Assembly: GCA_039801565.1 (NCBI GenBank)
Contig: JBDRUX010000023.1
Location: 1 to 26,666, forward strand
Length of the DNA stretch: 26,666 nt
Reading direction: 5' to 3'
Source of the DNA: a candidate division WOR-3 bacterium
GTDB taxonomy: Bacteria; Hydrothermota; Tepidihabitantia; Tepidihabitantales; JAOUPE01
Shown: positions 25,835-26,666 of the stretch, piece by piece
Position numbering within the stretch: the first letter of the stretch is position 1
Layout of the letters: every line of letters starts with the position of its first letter
Program-made: the position numbers and the translations under genes
The notes under the pieces: model-generated
The model's input: only the letters and a program-made list of their open reading frames with translations
Database searches by the model: none
Told to the model about the DNA's origin: nothing

Positions 25835-25863
25835 AGGTTAGTTATAACTAACGCCTTAGTCAA
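25835..25863 (-). promoter_or_regulatory. Promoter TTGACT-17-TAACCT with perfect 16-bp palindrome GTTAGTTATAACTAAC (25837-25852), candidate operator
   Basis: The palindrome covers the spacer and -10, 15 nt upstream of the HTH gene ATG. Confidence 0.55.
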
Positions 25864-25938
25864 GCCGAAAGTTGTCCGGTCTATTTGATATTTAAAAACT
25901 TAGATTGAATAGTACTAAGAAGTAGGATATGGCGGGGT

Positions 25939-26666
25939 GGCTGTATCCGGAGTAGCTTAGAGAGGTGGGGGTAACAGTTATGTGCTATAATGTCTGCAAA
26001 ATGGAGAAAGGATAAATATGACAAGAGAACAGAAGAGACCCAGGGGTGGGAACCACCCCTGGCGCCAAACCAAAAACCGGCCATTGTGTTCTACAGTCAG
26101 TTTTGTTAAACTAACCGCAGAAAGGAGCAAATAATGACCAGTACCTTAAAAAATAATAATTAAAACTCAACCTTAAAGCAAGAGTTTTATATCGATGACC
26201 CGGATTTCTTCTATCAGGTCATTCGTAATACTATCCAAGAGCTATTAGAAGCCGAAATGACTGAATTTTTGGGTGCCCGCCCTTATGAACGCAATACCAC
26301 ACGCCAGGGTCATCGTAGCGGCTATCGTCCGCGTAGTCTGAATACCAGAGTTGGTAAACTCCATTTCGCTGTCCCTTGCGAGCGTTCCGGTAAATTCCAA
26401 ACCAAATTGTTTAATCGTTATCAACGCAGTGAACAAGCCTTTCTTTTAGCTTTACAAGAGATGTATCTACAAGGAGTCTCAACCCGTCGCGTCGAGAAGA
26501 TAACCGAATCCGCCTTAGGCGGACAGCCTGCCAATCTCGGCCTCTAATGTATCTCGAATCGCAGCTAAATTGGATGCCGAACTTGAGACCTGGCGGAAAA
26601 GACCTTTGGTCGATGAGTACCCATTTTTGATTATTGATGCCCGTTATGAGAATGTCCGGTCCAATG
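25939..26666 (+). mobile_element. IS256-family element, left part (runs off the window)
   Basis: Putative left end GGCTGTATCCGGAG, extended -10 TGCTATAAT (25983-25991), hairpin 26040-26062, then the transposase; the boundary is tentative. Confidence 0.65.
26134..26666 (+). pseudogene. IS256-family transposase pseudogene
   Basis: AAGGAG SD plus ATG 26134, in-frame TAA 26161; LLEAEM..FLGA..YER...R.G.R.R.L.TRVG...F...LF.RYQRSE.A.....EMY.QGVSTR; +1 frameshift at ~26509-26533, continuing ISASNVSRIAAKLD...WRKRPL..YPFLIIDARYE. Confidence 0.9.

Noticed and set aside
2031..26436. Numerous 60-115 aa ORFs antisense or out of frame to identified genes
   Set aside because: They overlap well-supported CDSs and lack SD or motif support.

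Overview
AT-rich bacterial chromosomal window, with no CRISPR, prophage or rRNA. The gene content (GWxTD pair, DUF2723, DUF6175-like lipoprotein, short ThiC, RicT) suggests an uncultured anaerobe such as WOR-3; this is inference only. Both edges are broken IS elements: an IS1182-like transposase 3' end and an IS256-family 5' end. Left accessory part: a non-coding region with a degenerate 12-bp tandem array, pckA, and three small minus-strand cassette-like genes (AlkD-like, a GyrI-like gene split by an in-frame TGA, a HEAT protein) separated by related attC-like repeats. Next is a minus-strand tRNA cluster, read 5'->3': Arg(UCU), a tRNA-His copy whose T-arm is replaced by a foreign palindrome, a GIY-YIG nuclease gene, an intact tRNA-His, a 50-nt mini-His remnant, and Arg(UCG). 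The rest is mostly housekeeping: two lipoproteins, a ZIP transporter, the minus-strand run smpB-amidase-murI-rph-GWxTD x2-ricT-thiC-class V aminotransferase, a degenerate GIY-YIG-like protein, DUF2723, a GT4-GT2 fusion, rlmN and an XRE HTH gene. The best candidate for an undescribed system is the GIY-YIG/duplicated tRNA-His unit with short GC-rich palindromes written into its targets; a similar palindrome frameshifts the IS256 transposase.
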